Origin: a virus
DNA: 64,000 nt
IMG/VR virus record: IMGVR_UViG_3300027816_000098
Coordinates: 2,561-66,560 of that record
Reading direction: 5' to 3' (one strand)
A model generated the notes under the pieces. The model made no database searches, was not told the origin of the DNA, and saw nothing but the letters and a program-made list of their open reading frames with translations. The stretch's first letter is position 1. Each line of letters starts with the position of its first letter. Shown piece by piece: positions 20,874-31,218 of the stretch. Made by a program: the position numbers and the translations under genes.

Positions 20874-23800
20874 TAAAGTCTATTGCTCCTTAAGTTTGTA
20901 TCTGTCATTCTTCTAAGTTTTCCAACTACAACATTTGCTATTTCTTCTGGTGAGGCATCTGTGTTTGGAACATTAACGTTTACATTATAAGTATACACTG
21001 GAGTGTTATTTATTGTTGATGTTGTTGGTGCTACTGATCCTAACTCTACTGATGAGCCAGTTCCCTTTATTGATGGAAATACGTCTCCATTAAGTGCTTT
21101 AAGCATATCCATGTTTTCTGCAGCAACTGATTTTCTAACTACAAATTCTCCTGGTGTAAGAAGTGCTGGAACTCTATCTGTATTTCCTAAGCCTGGAACT
21201 ATGTTACCAACAGCATACTTCTTCATCTTTCCACCCATGGCCATGCCTGGTGCTGGTTCATTAGATGTATACTTTAGGAAACCTCCAAATGCTTTTTTAA
21301 TAACTCCACCAGCGTTGGCTGCTGTTGGGTCATATTTTCTATTCGCTGCTTGATTTATATATTTAGCAATATCTTTATAGTAGCCCACTAATCTTCCAAC
21401 TCTTGCTTCTTCCTCTATTTGTCGGGCTCTAATTCTTAGTTGAGTTGCTTCTATCTGTCTTGCAATAACTTCTCTTTGTGACTCTAAGTTTTTAATTTGA
21501 TCTTGTAGTGGCCATGTTTGAAGATCTCTTTCATACATTCTTTGGTTTATTGAATCAATTTGTGACTCTATCTGTTGTCTTGTTAAGAGTTGTCCATTTA
21601 CTGATGTTGTTAATGCATCAATTTCTCTTTGTCTTTGTAGTTCTAGTTCTGCTTGAGTATTGTCTATTTGACCTTGAGCAAAGTCTTCTGTCATTGTCAA
21701 AGCAGCCTGTGCTGCAGCAGCGATATCTCCACTAGTTAAGGCACTGGCTAAATCAAGTCTATTTTTTTCTTGTTGTGCTACTTGAGCATTTGCTTCTTTT
21801 ACTCTATTCAAAGCATCAATTCTTGCATTATAAGATTTATTTACATTTTCTTCTTTCTTAGACAGATCTTCTAATGCTTTGTTTCTAACAGTAAGTTGTC
21901 TTTGATCAGCATCATTTAATTTATTGATAGCATCTATTTGATCTTGTACCGCTTCTATGTTAGCGTCAATAGCATCTGTTTGTGCTTCTAAAATATCTAC
22001 TTGTCTTTCGTCTTCACCTTTAACTATATTTTGTAAAACTCTTTGAGCGGCTGCTTGTTGATTTACTGCTTTTACCAAGTCTAGTCTTTTCTTTTTAACT
22101 AATTCAATTGCAGTGGCAGCATCTAGATTTGCGGCTGCTTCTGGTGACAATCCTCTTTTTACTAACACGCTAAGTGCTGCTGAATACTCTTTTGTTTGCT
22201 TAATTGATTCTTCTAATATTTGAATCTTAGACTTTTCTCCACCTGATCCTGGTGGATCTTCTTCTTGAAAGGTTACTGGTGGCTTTACTCCATCAGGTGC
22301 ACGAGATGTAACTTGAGGTGTAATATAATTTCTAAATGCATTTGCTGCTTCTATCAATCCTTTGTCAGTAAGTGCTTTAACTATTTTATCAACTAGATCT
22401 TTATCTATATTTCCAGTTGTTAGTTGATTGAAATATTCTGTTGCCTTTAAGACATCTCCATCTGCTAGTCCAGTAAATACAGCATCAACAATGCTTGACT
22501 CAAATCCTTGACCAACTCCAACTAGTGACTGTTCTGCTGCTTTTCTTTGATCATCAAAAAACTTTACAACAGCCTTTGATTCTTGAGTTCTTAAGTTACC
22601 AAACTTATTTCTATCATAAAGATTTTTTAACTCAGCATCTGTTTTACCTAAATACTGTGCAAAAGAGTCTATTGCTTTAGTGGTATTTTTATTTATTAAA
22701 TCTGTTTGTTGTTTAATTCCTTCTTGATACTTAGTAAAACTTATTTCTCCATCTTCATACTGGGTTGTCAGTACATCCATAGAGGCTGCTATATTTTCAT
22801 TTGCACCCTTTAGTATTTCATTGATGTTGTTTGCCACATTTTCTCTTACTTGGTTTTCTTCAATACCAAATAGTTTAGATATAAAGTTGCCTTCTTCTAC
22901 TTGTTGCTGTGCTAAAGTAATTATGTCAGACAGATTAAACTTAGGAGATATTTCAGCAGCAATCTGTAAAATGTTATTTTCTAATAATTCTCCATTAGGT
23001 CCAAATAGTTTTGATATTTTTCCAACTGCATCTATCGCTAAACTCTGATCATTTAATGCTAAACCAATATCTTTTGCAATAGCCTCTGCTTCATCTGGCG
23101 TAATTGCTCCAGCAACAACTGCTTTCGAAACTTGATTTCTGATTGCTAGAGCAGCGTCTCCACCTGCTGCTCTTACCTTTTCAATGTCTGCCAATAGTTT
23201 CTTTCCTGCATCACTTTGTATATATTGTGTTGAGAATTGTTGTGCTTCAGCACTAATTCCTCCACCTGCTCTACTTGCTCTTGTTTCTGCTAATCTTTGT
23301 CTAGTTGTAGTTCTTCCAAAAGATTCAGCCATTGCTTCAATATTTTCTGTAGATCCATACATTGCTCTTGTCATAGCAGCACCAGCATCTGCTACCTTCT
23401 TTAATTCTTTATTTACAACAATGCTTAACAATCCAGAAGTTGCCATAAATGCTGTAATTACTAAACCTACTGGATTTGTAAGGAATGGTAATCTTGTTGC
23501 TAATACTCTTAATACTGGTCCTAAAACTTGGAATGCACTAGCGGCAATAGAGGCACCTGTTACAACTTTTCCAATTGCACTAACTGCTTGGTTAGAACTT
23601 GACTGTAATGCTGGACCAGCCAAAAAGCCTGTAAAAGCAGCACCACCGATTCCTCCACCAACACGAGATCCAATTGCCGCCATCCTTGCTTGGCCAACTG
23701 TTCTTCCAGTAATATTTTGATATCTTTGGTTTCTTTCTTTTCTTGTTCCTTGTTGAAAATTCTTTACTTTACCAGCATTTAATGCGTCTAAGAATGGTCT

Positions 23801-26800
23801 ATTTCTTGCTGCTGCATCTTTGTTGACAACAAATTCTCCTGGAGTTAATAGTGCTGCTTGAGTCCCACTACTATTTATATCTCCACCTTTATTTTTTGTT
23901 ACCAATATGTTTCTTAGTCCTGATAATGCTGCAGGTATGTTTGCTCCACCAGTGTAACTTGCTCCAACAATACTTCCATCTCTTCCTATAAAGTTTACTT
24001 TTCCTGATTTATTTCTATAAACACCAATACTTCCTTTTGGTAGGTTTTTGATAAATTGAGACTTTTGATCTTTTGTTATATCTCCTGCTAATTTTTTACC
24101 TTTATTTAAAACAACAAGACCTTTTGCTCTAAGGTTTGTTATTGTTCTAGGGCTTTCAATGTCAGTTGGTTTTGATATTCCTATCTTATTATAAATTTCT
24201 TTTGTATCTGCTCTCCACTGCATTGGTCTCTTTAATAAAGAATATGTTTCAGGATATAATTTTTTAATTGCCCTTTGATAGATTGGGCCTACATGCTTAT
24301 CAAATAGTAATTCATCGCCTCGACCAGTCTTTACCATTAATTCTAGTTTTCTTACCATTGCTGCTTGAACTCTATCAGAACCCGTTCCTCTACCAGTTTT
24401 ACCTAGCACTTGATCTAGTGGACCAAAGGTTTGACCTGCTGGAGTATTTCTTAAATATGACAACAGATCAGATGCTTTTACTCCACTTCCAACACTGTTT
24501 CTTAATGCTTGATTAATTGATCTAGGTAAAAATGCTGTAAATCCTTCTTGTTGTGTTGCAAATTTGCCAACCTTATTAAATATTTTTTCTTGGCCTCCAG
24601 TGAGTCCAGATGGTTTAACAAAATCTCCTCCAGATCCTAAGTGTGTAAGTTCAAGTGGTGGTCCAAACATTCTTGCTTGAGATGGCGATAACTTTCCTGG
24701 TCTAACTCCAATACCACTTCTTTCTACGGCTTCTTGTGCTAATATATCTAGATTTCTTTTATTTTCTATTACATCTCCGCCACCAAAGTATCCAGCAACT
24801 CCACCCATATTTAATCTTTCTAAGAACTTTGTACCAATGCTTCTAGTTGCATCTTTTGTTACAACAAATTCTCCTGGTGTCAACATTGCTGGAACTGTAT
24901 CTTGATTACCAGTTCCTGGAACTTGACCACCTGTAGCAAATCTTCTTGGGAAAGCACCTTTAATATTTCTTGATCTTGCTTGTGCTGTTTGTAATGCAGT
25001 TCCTGGTGCAGCAAATGTAAATTTAGATAAGGATGCTGCTTCGGCCATTCTGTTTATTAAATATGAATATGTATCGCCTAAGTTTCTAACTGCTGCCCTT
25101 GCACCCTCTGCGGCAGAAACTTGAGCACGGAAAGCATCGTTTGCAGACATGGTTGCTGAACCCAACTGTTTTGCTGCAATTGCGGCGTCTATCTCTTCAA
25201 GAGACATATACTTCATGGATTGAGTTACTGCTTGAATTCCGCCTACAACCCCACCCTTCATTAATCCTTTAGAAAATATTCCAAGAGATTGTAATAATTT
25301 AGCAAGAGTTCCACTTAGGTTCATTAATAAACCAAAAAACATTGTTCCAGCAGGTATAACTAAGCCAGTAATAATAGTTGCTAGTGCTATAAATTTCTTT
25401 GAAAAGTCAGGAAGATTATTAAATCCTTCTACTATCTTAGTTAAGAAATTAACAACAGGAATAGCAAGTTGAACAAATAATTGACCTATAGGAGCAATTG
25501 CTAATTTAAATTTTTCAATAGCCGCGGTTAATTGCACACCAAATGATTGCTCAATAACAGACAACTCTCTCTCAGCAGTTTGTCTTAACTGTTCAGAGGA
25601 GAATGCCATAGTGTCTATAACTTGACTTGCCTGTGATCCATCTCTAACTATATTCTCAAATAGTGCACCTAGACGAGCGTATTGGAACTTACCAAATACT
25701 TGCTCTAATGCTTGTTGTCTAGAGAATTCATCTAAAGTTTGAAGTGCTGTTGCGAAATCCATTACAGTGCCCATTAAATCTCCACGATTTCTTTGGACAA
25801 TTGCATCTAGATTAATGTTAAATCCAGCAAGCATTTCTTTTGCTTGTTTTGTTGGGTTAATTAAAGATCCAAGACCTGACTTTAGTGCGTTTGCACCCTG
25901 CTCTGCGGATACTCCACCTTCCTGCATTGCTGCAAGAAATACAGCCATATCTTTTACGTCTCCACCTAAACCTTTAATAACTGGTGCCACACGTGGAATT
26001 GCTGCTGCTAAATCTTGTAAACTTACTACAGTTTGGTTTTCAACCATGTTTAAGAAGTTAACTGTATCTGCTAACTCTTGTCCACTAAGTCTAAATGCTG
26101 ACTGCAAAGCAATTGTTGTATCAAGTGCTTGATTTTGATCCATTTGACCAAGTGTTGATAACCTAGTTGCTTGAGTTACTGCGTCTGTTAAATCTTTATT
26201 TCTACGACCTGCTGCTGCAGCCTGAGCAGCCAAGCCAACTGTATCTTTAACTGCAATTCCATATTTTGTATATTCTTTACCCAAAGCCATAACAGCATCC
26301 ATATTGCCTTGTAATTCTGCAGGTGTGGTAAAGATGTCTCCATAAACTTTTTTAAATGCTACTGCTTGTCTTTCTAGTTCCATGAATGTTTTGCCAGCAG
26401 TTGATCCAAATACTGTCAACGGTAGTGTAAAACCAACCATCAACTGACGACCAGCCCACTGAACATTCTTACCAAAGTTAATTAATTGTGTTGTTCCTTG
26501 CTTAAACATCGAAGTAAGAATTTGAGATCTTTGTGTAGCAATAGCCATCTCGGAACTAAATGCTGCTAGAGGTCTGATAGCAAGAGCCTCTTGCATGCCT
26601 CTTGATGCACCAGTTGTGGCTATAAATTGAGTTTGTAATGTTCTTGAACGCTCTGCGGCAAGACCCATTGTTTCAGCAAATAAAGCACTGTTTCTATTAA
26701 ATTTAGCATTAAAAAATTGACCTAGAGTTGCTTGACCTTTTCTTAGGGTAGCATCTAATGCACCAGCAGATGTTTTCATCTTTACGGTTTCAGCAGTAAA

Positions 26801-26989
26801 GAATCTGCTTGCATTAACTAAGTCTTGTAATTCAGTAGTATATTTAGCAGTGGCACTACTTTGAAATTTATTATTTTTATTTACCGCAATTGTAAATGCG
26901 TTTATTTGTTGTTGTAAAGCCTTTAATTGGGCAGCGGCATTACCCGTATTGATCTCAATATCAATAATACCCTTGGCTACATCAGCCAC
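20873..26989 (-). CDS. Tape measure protein
   Basis: 2038 aa, Ala/Gln-rich helical, TP901-like core, hydrophobic segments and three PAxLTPGEFVV-like motifs; follows the tail chaperones. Confidence 0.95.
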   Translation of the reverse strand: MADVAKGIIDIEINTGNAAAQLKALQQQINAFTIAVNKNNKFQSSATAKYTTELQDLVNASRFFTAETVKMKTSAGALDATLRKGQATLGQFFNAKFNRNSALFAETMGLAAERSRTLQTQFIATTGASRGMQEALAIRPLAAFSSEMAIATQRSQILTSMFKQGTTQLINFGKNVQWAGRQLMVGFTLPLTVFGSTAGKTFMELERQAVAFKKVYGDIFTTPAELQGNMDAVMALGKEYTKYGIAVKDTVGLAAQAAAAGRRNKDLTDAVTQATRLSTLGQMDQNQALDTTIALQSAFRLSGQELADTVNFLNMVENQTVVSLQDLAAAIPRVAPVIKGLGGDVKDMAVFLAAMQEGGVSAEQGANALKSGLGSLINPTKQAKEMLAGFNINLDAIVQRNRGDLMGTVMDFATALQTLDEFSRQQALEQVFGKFQYARLGALFENIVRDGSQASQVIDTMAFSSEQLRQTAERELSVIEQSFGVQLTAAIEKFKLAIAPIGQLFVQLAIPVVNFLTKIVEGFNNLPDFSKKFIALATIITGLVIPAGTMFFGLLMNLSGTLAKLLQSLGIFSKGLMKGGVVGGIQAVTQSMKYMSLEEIDAAIAAKQLGSATMSANDAFRAQVSAAEGARAAVRNLGDTYSYLINRMAEAASLSKFTFAAPGTALQTAQARSRNIKGAFPRRFATGGQVPGTGNQDTVPAMLTPGEFVVTKDATRSIGTKFLERLNMGGVAGYFGGGDVIENKRNLDILAQEAVERSGIGVRPGKLSPSQARMFGPPLELTHLGSGGDFVKPSGLTGGQEKIFNKVGKFATQQEGFTAFLPRSINQALRNSVGSGVKASDLLSYLRNTPAGQTFGPLDQVLGKTGRGTGSDRVQAAMVRKLELMVKTGRGDELLFDKHVGPIYQRAIKKLYPETYSLLKRPMQWRADTKEIYNKIGISKPTDIESPRTITNLRAKGLVVLNKGKKLAGDITKDQKSQFIKNLPKGSIGVYRNKSGKVNFIGRDGSIVGASYTGGANIPAALSGLRNILVTKNKGGDINSSGTQAALLTPGEFVVNKDAAARNRPFLDALNAGKVKNFQQGTRKERNQRYQNITGRTVGQARMAAIGSRVGGGIGGAAFTGFLAGPALQSSSNQAVSAIGKVVTGASIAASAFQVLGPVLRVLATRLPFLTNPVGLVITAFMATSGLLSIVVNKELKKVADAGAAMTRAMYGSTENIEAMAESFGRTTTRQRLAETRASRAGGGISAEAQQFSTQYIQSDAGKKLLADIEKVRAAGGDAALAIRNQVSKAVVAGAITPDEAEAIAKDIGLALNDQSLAIDAVGKISKLFGPNGELLENNILQIAAEISPKFNLSDIITLAQQQVEEGNFISKLFGIEENQVRENVANNINEILKGANENIAASMDVLTTQYEDGEISFTKYQEGIKQQTDLINKNTTKAIDSFAQYLGKTDAELKNLYDRNKFGNLRTQESKAVVKFFDDQRKAAEQSLVGVGQGFESSIVDAVFTGLADGDVLKATEYFNQLTTGNIDKDLVDKIVKALTDKGLIEAANAFRNYITPQVTSRAPDGVKPPVTFQEEDPPGSGGEKSKIQILEESIKQTKEYSAALSVLVKRGLSPEAAANLDAATAIELVKKKRLDLVKAVNQQAAAQRVLQNIVKGEDERQVDILEAQTDAIDANIEAVQDQIDAINKLNDADQRQLTVRNKALEDLSKKEENVNKSYNARIDALNRVKEANAQVAQQEKNRLDLASALTSGDIAAAAQAALTMTEDFAQGQIDNTQAELELQRQREIDALTTSVNGQLLTRQQIESQIDSINQRMYERDLQTWPLQDQIKNLESQREVIARQIEATQLRIRARQIEEEARVGRLVGYYKDIAKYINQAANRKYDPTAANAGGVIKKAFGGFLKYTSNEPAPGMAMGGKMKKYAVGNIVPGLGNTDRVPALLTPGEFVVRKSVAAENMDMLKALNGDVFPSIKGTGSSVELGSVAPTTSTINNTPVYTYNVNVNVPNTDASPEEIANVVVGKLRRMTDTNLRSNRL

Positions 26990-27363
26990 TAACTAATCAC
27001 CTCGTAATCTAACCCATGACCAATCCCAAAGCCTTTTTGCTTTGCAGCAACACCTTGCAGTGCCACTATGTCATTAGGGTTAGAGGTTTTTCCATTGCTG
27101 AAAACCCTTGCCTTTAGTGCTTCCCAAGCATCGTGAGACGACTTAGAATTTTTATCTAAATCTATTCCTTTTAGTGAAGCAAGGAACTTTTTGTTTTCAT
27201 ATTCTTCTTCTCTTTTAGTAGTTAGTATTTCTACTAATTCAGGTAGAGATAAAGAATTCTCCAGTTCCTCGTAATTCTTCCAAAGTCCTAGAAGAAATAC
27301 TTTAGATTCTATCTCGGCGAGATCTAGTTCTGACCAACTAGAGCCGCCGCTAGTGCGTTTGGG
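26989..27363 (-). CDS. Tail assembly chaperone, frameshifted C-terminal extension (gpGT-like)
   Basis: 125-codon open frame with no ATG (..SGGSSWSELDLAEIESKVFLLGLWKNYEELE...GFGIGHGLDYEVIS) in the -1 frame of 27324..27659; its stop overlaps the tape-measure start. Confidence 0.85.
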   Translation of the reverse strand, partial: PKRTSGGSSWSELDLAEIESKVFLLGLWKNYEELENSLSLPELVEILTTKREEEYENKKFLASLKGIDLDKNSKSSHDAWEALKARVFSNGKTSNPNDIVALQGVAAKQKGFGIGHGLDYEVIS

Positions 27364-27659
27364 TCGTTCAACTTAATTCCTGCAGCCACTTCAATTACTT
27401 TATAAACTGTTGGTAAATCAATAAGTTCTTCTAATTTTGCTTTATCTGCTATTTCAGGCTTGTATTGCTTCATAGCAATTGCAGCACAACTTAAAAGCAA
27501 ATCCATTGATTTAATATTGTCTTCAGCAATTGACGTGTCTGATATTTTTTGAAACTCTTTCATAAAATCTCTCAATAGAGAAATTTTTAAAGGTTTCATT
27601 GTTACTTTCGTACCGTCTTGTAATTCAACTTCTACAATTTCATAGACACTTGTTGCCAT
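27324..27659 (-). CDS. Tail assembly chaperone (gpG-like)
   Basis: Between major tail and tape measure; slippery heptamer near the 3' end. Confidence 0.88.
   Translation of the reverse strand: MATSVYEIVEVELQDGTKVTMKPLKISLLRDFMKEFQKISDTSIAEDNIKSMDLLLSCAAIAMKQYKPEIADKAKLEELIDLPTVYKVIEVAAGIKLNDPNALAAALVGQN
27357..27363 (-). other. -1 programmed ribosomal frameshift site C CCA AAC
   Basis: X XXY YYZ heptamer in frame, followed by a stem-loop CGGCG..TCTAGTT-GGTCAG-AACTAGA..CGCCG. Confidence 0.85.
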
Positions 27660-27694
27660 TTATCCTCCTTAAGGACATAGTAAAATTATAGCAC

Positions 27695-27723
27695 AAAACC
27701 CACCTCTCGACAAGAGAGATGGG
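27695..27723 (-). terminator. Intrinsic terminator after the major tail gene
   Basis: CCCATCTCTC-TTGTC-GAGAGGTGGG followed by TTTT. Confidence 0.85.
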
Positions 27724-27745
27724 CTAAGTGTCTATTTAATTGTTT

Positions 27746-28429
27746 TTAACCACGTACGCGATCTACGATTTTACCGTATGATCCATTTGATGCTGGAAGT
27801 AGACGGAATGATACTTCGAACATTGATGGTTCGTCACGTTTTGCAGATACTGTTACACTTTCAATTGAGAGTGCACGGTGTGCTACATATACGCGTTCTA
27901 CTGCTGATGCACCAGTTGCGTCTGGGTCTCCAGATCCTGGTCCGATTGCAACGATTGCTCGTTCAACTGGAACAGATCCTAGTTCTCCAGAGTTTAAGAC
28001 TAGTGTATCTTCAGTTGCACCATCGTATTTATCTGTACTTGGAGCAGCGATTGCTAACAATAAGTTTTCAAGTGTTGCTTCAGCAAATGCTGTTGCCATG
28101 TTAACTTGCATACCTTGTTTGTAAAGTTTTGCAACGTCTAGCAATTGATCAACTTGGACTTCACCGAAGTCTGGTTGGAATTGTAATTCCAAACCGTTCA
28201 TGGTGTAACCTACGTTGTTATAATCAGATGATGCTTCCATTGTGTCTGCGAACGGTGTTCCAGATACGAATGAAGGAATTCCTGATACGCTACCTGAACC
28301 AGTAAAGTTATAAACTGCTGCTGATCCAGAACCTTGTGAGTACTTCAAGGCACCTTTGCCACCTGTTCCTTTTGATACGAACAGACGAGCGGCACCTACG
28401 ATAATTTGGTTGCTGTTACCTAATGCCAT
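27746..28429 (-). CDS. Major tail (tube) protein
   Basis: IIVGAARLF, VGYTMNGLEL..PDFGEVQVDQLLD motifs; position, strong RBS and own terminator. Confidence 0.9.
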   Translation of the reverse strand: MALGNSNQIIVGAARLFVSKGTGGKGALKYSQGSGSAAVYNFTGSGSVSGIPSFVSGTPFADTMEASSDYNNVGYTMNGLELQFQPDFGEVQVDQLLDVAKLYKQGMQVNMATAFAEATLENLLLAIAAPSTDKYDGATEDTLVLNSGELGSVPVERAIVAIGPGSGDPDATGASAVERVYVAHRALSIESVTVSAKRDEPSMFEVSFRLLPASNGSYGKIVDRVRG

Positions 28430-28490
28430 ATTTTATTTCACCTTCCTTGTTTTTAGGAAAAGTGGGGCGATTTCCTCAATACTAATTATA
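28430..28490 (-). promoter_or_regulatory. Major tail promoter (-10 TATAAT at 28490..28485) and structured 5' UTR
   Basis: TATAAT, then hairpin AGGAAA-TCGCCCCACT-TTTCCT, then SD AAGGAAGG. Confidence 0.65.
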
Positions 28491-28500
28491 TACCTATTTA

Positions 28501-29085
28501 TTACTCATTATATTGCTTAGAATGATAGTCATATTTGATAATAAGATCTCTAGATGGTCTATATTCCATTAAATCAGATACATCTTGTTGACTTTCTGCA
28601 TACCCTGACTGAAACACATTGATACAGTGAAAACTATACTTAAATAAGTCTGGATAGGTAGATTCATCATAGTCTCTTAATGTTCCAGCAAATTGATTTA
28701 TATCTTGTGCTGCGGTATCTTCTCTATCTAAAATTGCTGTGATAAGACTTGTTAGGTTGATTGTTACTCCATATCTATCTGCACCGTTAGGAGCATCTCC
28801 ATATAAAGACCCACCATAAATTGTATATCTCATTTGCTCACTTTTTATAGGATAAAAATACTTATATGATCCTGTTCTTACTTTTGTAAACTTATCAAAT
28901 ATAATATATGGTAAATCATTCTCTAATATATCAGGAGGAATATTTCCTGCACCCGCTGGGAAAAATGGTATAAAGTCTGGACCACCTACGGTCTTAGGGT
29001 ATAGGTTATAAAAGGCTGGTGCCTGAGTTTTAAACTGTTCCCAAACATATTCATTAATAATGTTTTCTGGTCTATAAATCTTCAT
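28501..29085 (-). CDS. Tail terminator/completion protein (putative)
   Basis: Synteny: directly upstream of the major tail gene. Confidence 0.6.
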   Translation of the reverse strand: MKIYRPENIINEYVWEQFKTQAPAFYNLYPKTVGGPDFIPFFPAGAGNIPPDILENDLPYIIFDKFTKVRTGSYKYFYPIKSEQMRYTIYGGSLYGDAPNGADRYGVTINLTSLITAILDREDTAAQDINQFAGTLRDYDESTYPDLFKYSFHCINVFQSGYAESQQDVSDLMEYRPSRDLIIKYDYHSKQYNE

Positions 29086-29768
29086 CGTCTACCACCTGGT
29101 CCTTTTACGATCCAAGATAATGCTGCTTGTTTTCCTATTGATCTTGCATTTCTATTTTTAGCAGCACTTCTAAATTTATTACTATATTCTTTAGGGTTAG
29201 AAAAGTGTTTATAAAATCCTATTGAGTCCAAGTATACATTAGTAAAATATATCCCATAAAACTCATTGAATGCTCTAACAAAAGATCCTCTTGTTGCAGC
29301 ACCTCCTGGGTTTGCTATTACGATAGGACCACTTCTAAAAAACTCTTCTCCATCCACTTCAAAAAACAATGCTTTGGCATTAACTTCATTTATAACTACC
29401 TCTATTCCTTCTTCCATTACTCTTGCTTTATCAAAAAATTCTTGATCACTATTTGGCGGGGTTGTATCGGAATACAAAAACTCTGCAGATACTAATGCAT
29501 TATTACCTTTTAAAGCAGATGTTAGTTCAAATAGTCTTCCACCAGGGTTTCCAACTTGACCCCATTCATATACGTGGTGTAGCATTCCAGGATGTGATCT
29601 AGCAAGGCCGTCTAGATAATCGTAGAAAACATCTATTGATTCATCTGCTATATTCTTAGTTATTTTCTTTTGGTTTCTTTTTAACTCTGTTGTAAAGCCA
29701 TCTGTATATTGAACAACATTCTTTAAAACTTGTGAGACATTATTAACATTTATTTTTGCTGTAATCAT
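29082..29768 (-). CDS. Neck/tail completion protein (putative)
   Basis: LHHVYEWGQVG and FFDKARVMEEG motifs; synteny; likely ATG start at 29768 (track 29777). Confidence 0.6.
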   Translation of the reverse strand: MITAKINVNNVSQVLKNVVQYTDGFTTELKRNQKKITKNIADESIDVFYDYLDGLARSHPGMLHHVYEWGQVGNPGGRLFELTSALKGNNALVSAEFLYSDTTPPNSDQEFFDKARVMEEGIEVVINEVNAKALFFEVDGEEFFRSGPIVIANPGGAATRGSFVRAFNEFYGIYFTNVYLDSIGFYKHFSNPKEYSNKFRSAAKNRNARSIGKQAALSWIVKGPGGRR

Positions 29769-30238
29769 GATTCCCACTTTTGCACTTGAGACTTACTTAT
29801 GTACAGTCTAAAATGTCTTAGATTATGGTTATAGTCAAATGTAGGTACTATAGTTTTAACTTCATATTTAGTATTTACTACCCCTGCTGAATTAACTAAG
29901 TTTTGACCATTGATCCATACATAGGCTCCAGATGGATCTTTTATGTTTGTTACTGATATAGACGTAATAGGATGATAAATTCCACTACTATCTTGTCTTA
30001 GATCTTGTTTAGTTCTTAAAAATGCATTTGAGTCATAGATAAAGTCTGTACCTTTTGTTCTAAGTTCTCCATTAAAGCCTCTTGTAGACAATTCACTAAT
30101 AATTGAACAATCTATTGTTCTATCGTATACCCATGTTTTAGATATATTGCCGTAGTCTTGTTGTCTAGTTGTAGCATAGTATACATCTGCTGTCATTGGA
30201 AATAATAAGTCGTCAAGACTAGATGTCTCTAAAATCAT
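29765..30238 (-). CDS. Head-closure (stopper) protein (putative)
   Basis: DVYYA...DYGNISKTW pattern and synteny. Confidence 0.65.
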   Translation of the reverse strand: MILETSSLDDLLFPMTADVYYATTRQQDYGNISKTWVYDRTIDCSIISELSTRGFNGELRTKGTDFIYDSNAFLRTKQDLRQDSSGIYHPITSISVTNIKDPSGAYVWINGQNLVNSAGVVNTKYEVKTIVPTFDYNHNLRHFRLYISKSQVQKWES

Positions 30239-31125
30239 TACAACACCCCGATACGAAGCCTGTTTCTGTACTTCTCCAAAATTTTATCTACAAACATATT
30301 GCCAGTTCCAGTACTTGGATTTTTAGCAAACTTAATCTTAAAGTCTTCATTATCAAATGATTCAATATATCTGTTTATATATTTTAGATTATCGTTTTTA
30401 ATATCTTGTATTAATAATTCACATGCTTCTTGTATGTCTTGAGGAACAACTTTATATCCAAAGTCTCCGTCAATTGTATATTCGGCATTTTCAGCAAATT
30501 GAACATCTAGATATCTTTCCATCCATACCTGTCTATAATTGACTTTATTCTCTGGTGTTTCATCGTCTACGTTAGTTATTGATGTGCCATCTTTTGTAAT
30601 TGCATAAACAACGTCATTTGCACTAGCACTTAGGCTAGAATCATATTGTAAATCTTGATTTTCATATACTTTATAAATCTTGTATATTTTTTCATCTATT
30701 GGCAAATAGTCGGATCCATTTCCAACCACTGTTTTTTCTTTACGAAGGAATGGAAACCCTTGAGTTTGTGAGTCTATAATATATCTTGCTAGTCTTTCAT
30801 ATTCAATTTCTTTTCCATCAGTAATGCTCAATGCAGAGGCTACTGTGTCTAAATTGCAATATGGTCTTATGATTTCAATATTCGTTAAAATTACTGTATC
30901 ACCAATAGAGTTTTTAACTGATGCTGCTAGCGATCCAGTATAGTTTAAATATTTTGAGTCAAGGCTAAATGATACTGCTCCAGATATTGTGGTTGCTGAT
31001 GCTGAGAATGTTTCACCTGTATATAGGTCTTCATAGTCTAATGTATATGTTCCACTTGGAGAAATTGTAAAAGTGGCTGTTAGGCCAGTAACTTTTTTAT
31101 ATTGTCTTTCATTTAATATTTCCAT
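30238..31125 (-). CDS. Head-to-tail adaptor
   Basis: YCNLD...ARYIID and GYKVVPQDIQEACELL motifs; directly after the capsid gene. Confidence 0.75.
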   Translation of the reverse strand: MEILNERQYKKVTGLTATFTISPSGTYTLDYEDLYTGETFSASATTISGAVSFSLDSKYLNYTGSLAASVKNSIGDTVILTNIEIIRPYCNLDTVASALSITDGKEIEYERLARYIIDSQTQGFPFLRKEKTVVGNGSDYLPIDEKIYKIYKVYENQDLQYDSSLSASANDVVYAITKDGTSITNVDDETPENKVNYRQVWMERYLDVQFAENAEYTIDGDFGYKVVPQDIQEACELLIQDIKNDNLKYINRYIESFDNEDFKIKFAKNPSTGTGNMFVDKILEKYRNRLRIGVL

Positions 31126-31162
31126 AATAAATAAAATTCCTCCTTACTAATTATATCATTGT

Positions 31163-31201
31163 AAAAAGATTGAAGGGAGGATATTTTACTATCCCCCCTT
31201 C
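31163..31201 (-). terminator. Intrinsic terminator after the major capsid gene
   Basis: GAAGGGGGGATA-GTAAAA-TATCCTCCCTTC stem, then AATCTTTTT. Confidence 0.8.
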
Positions 31202-31218
31202 TGTGAACTAAAAGTTAA

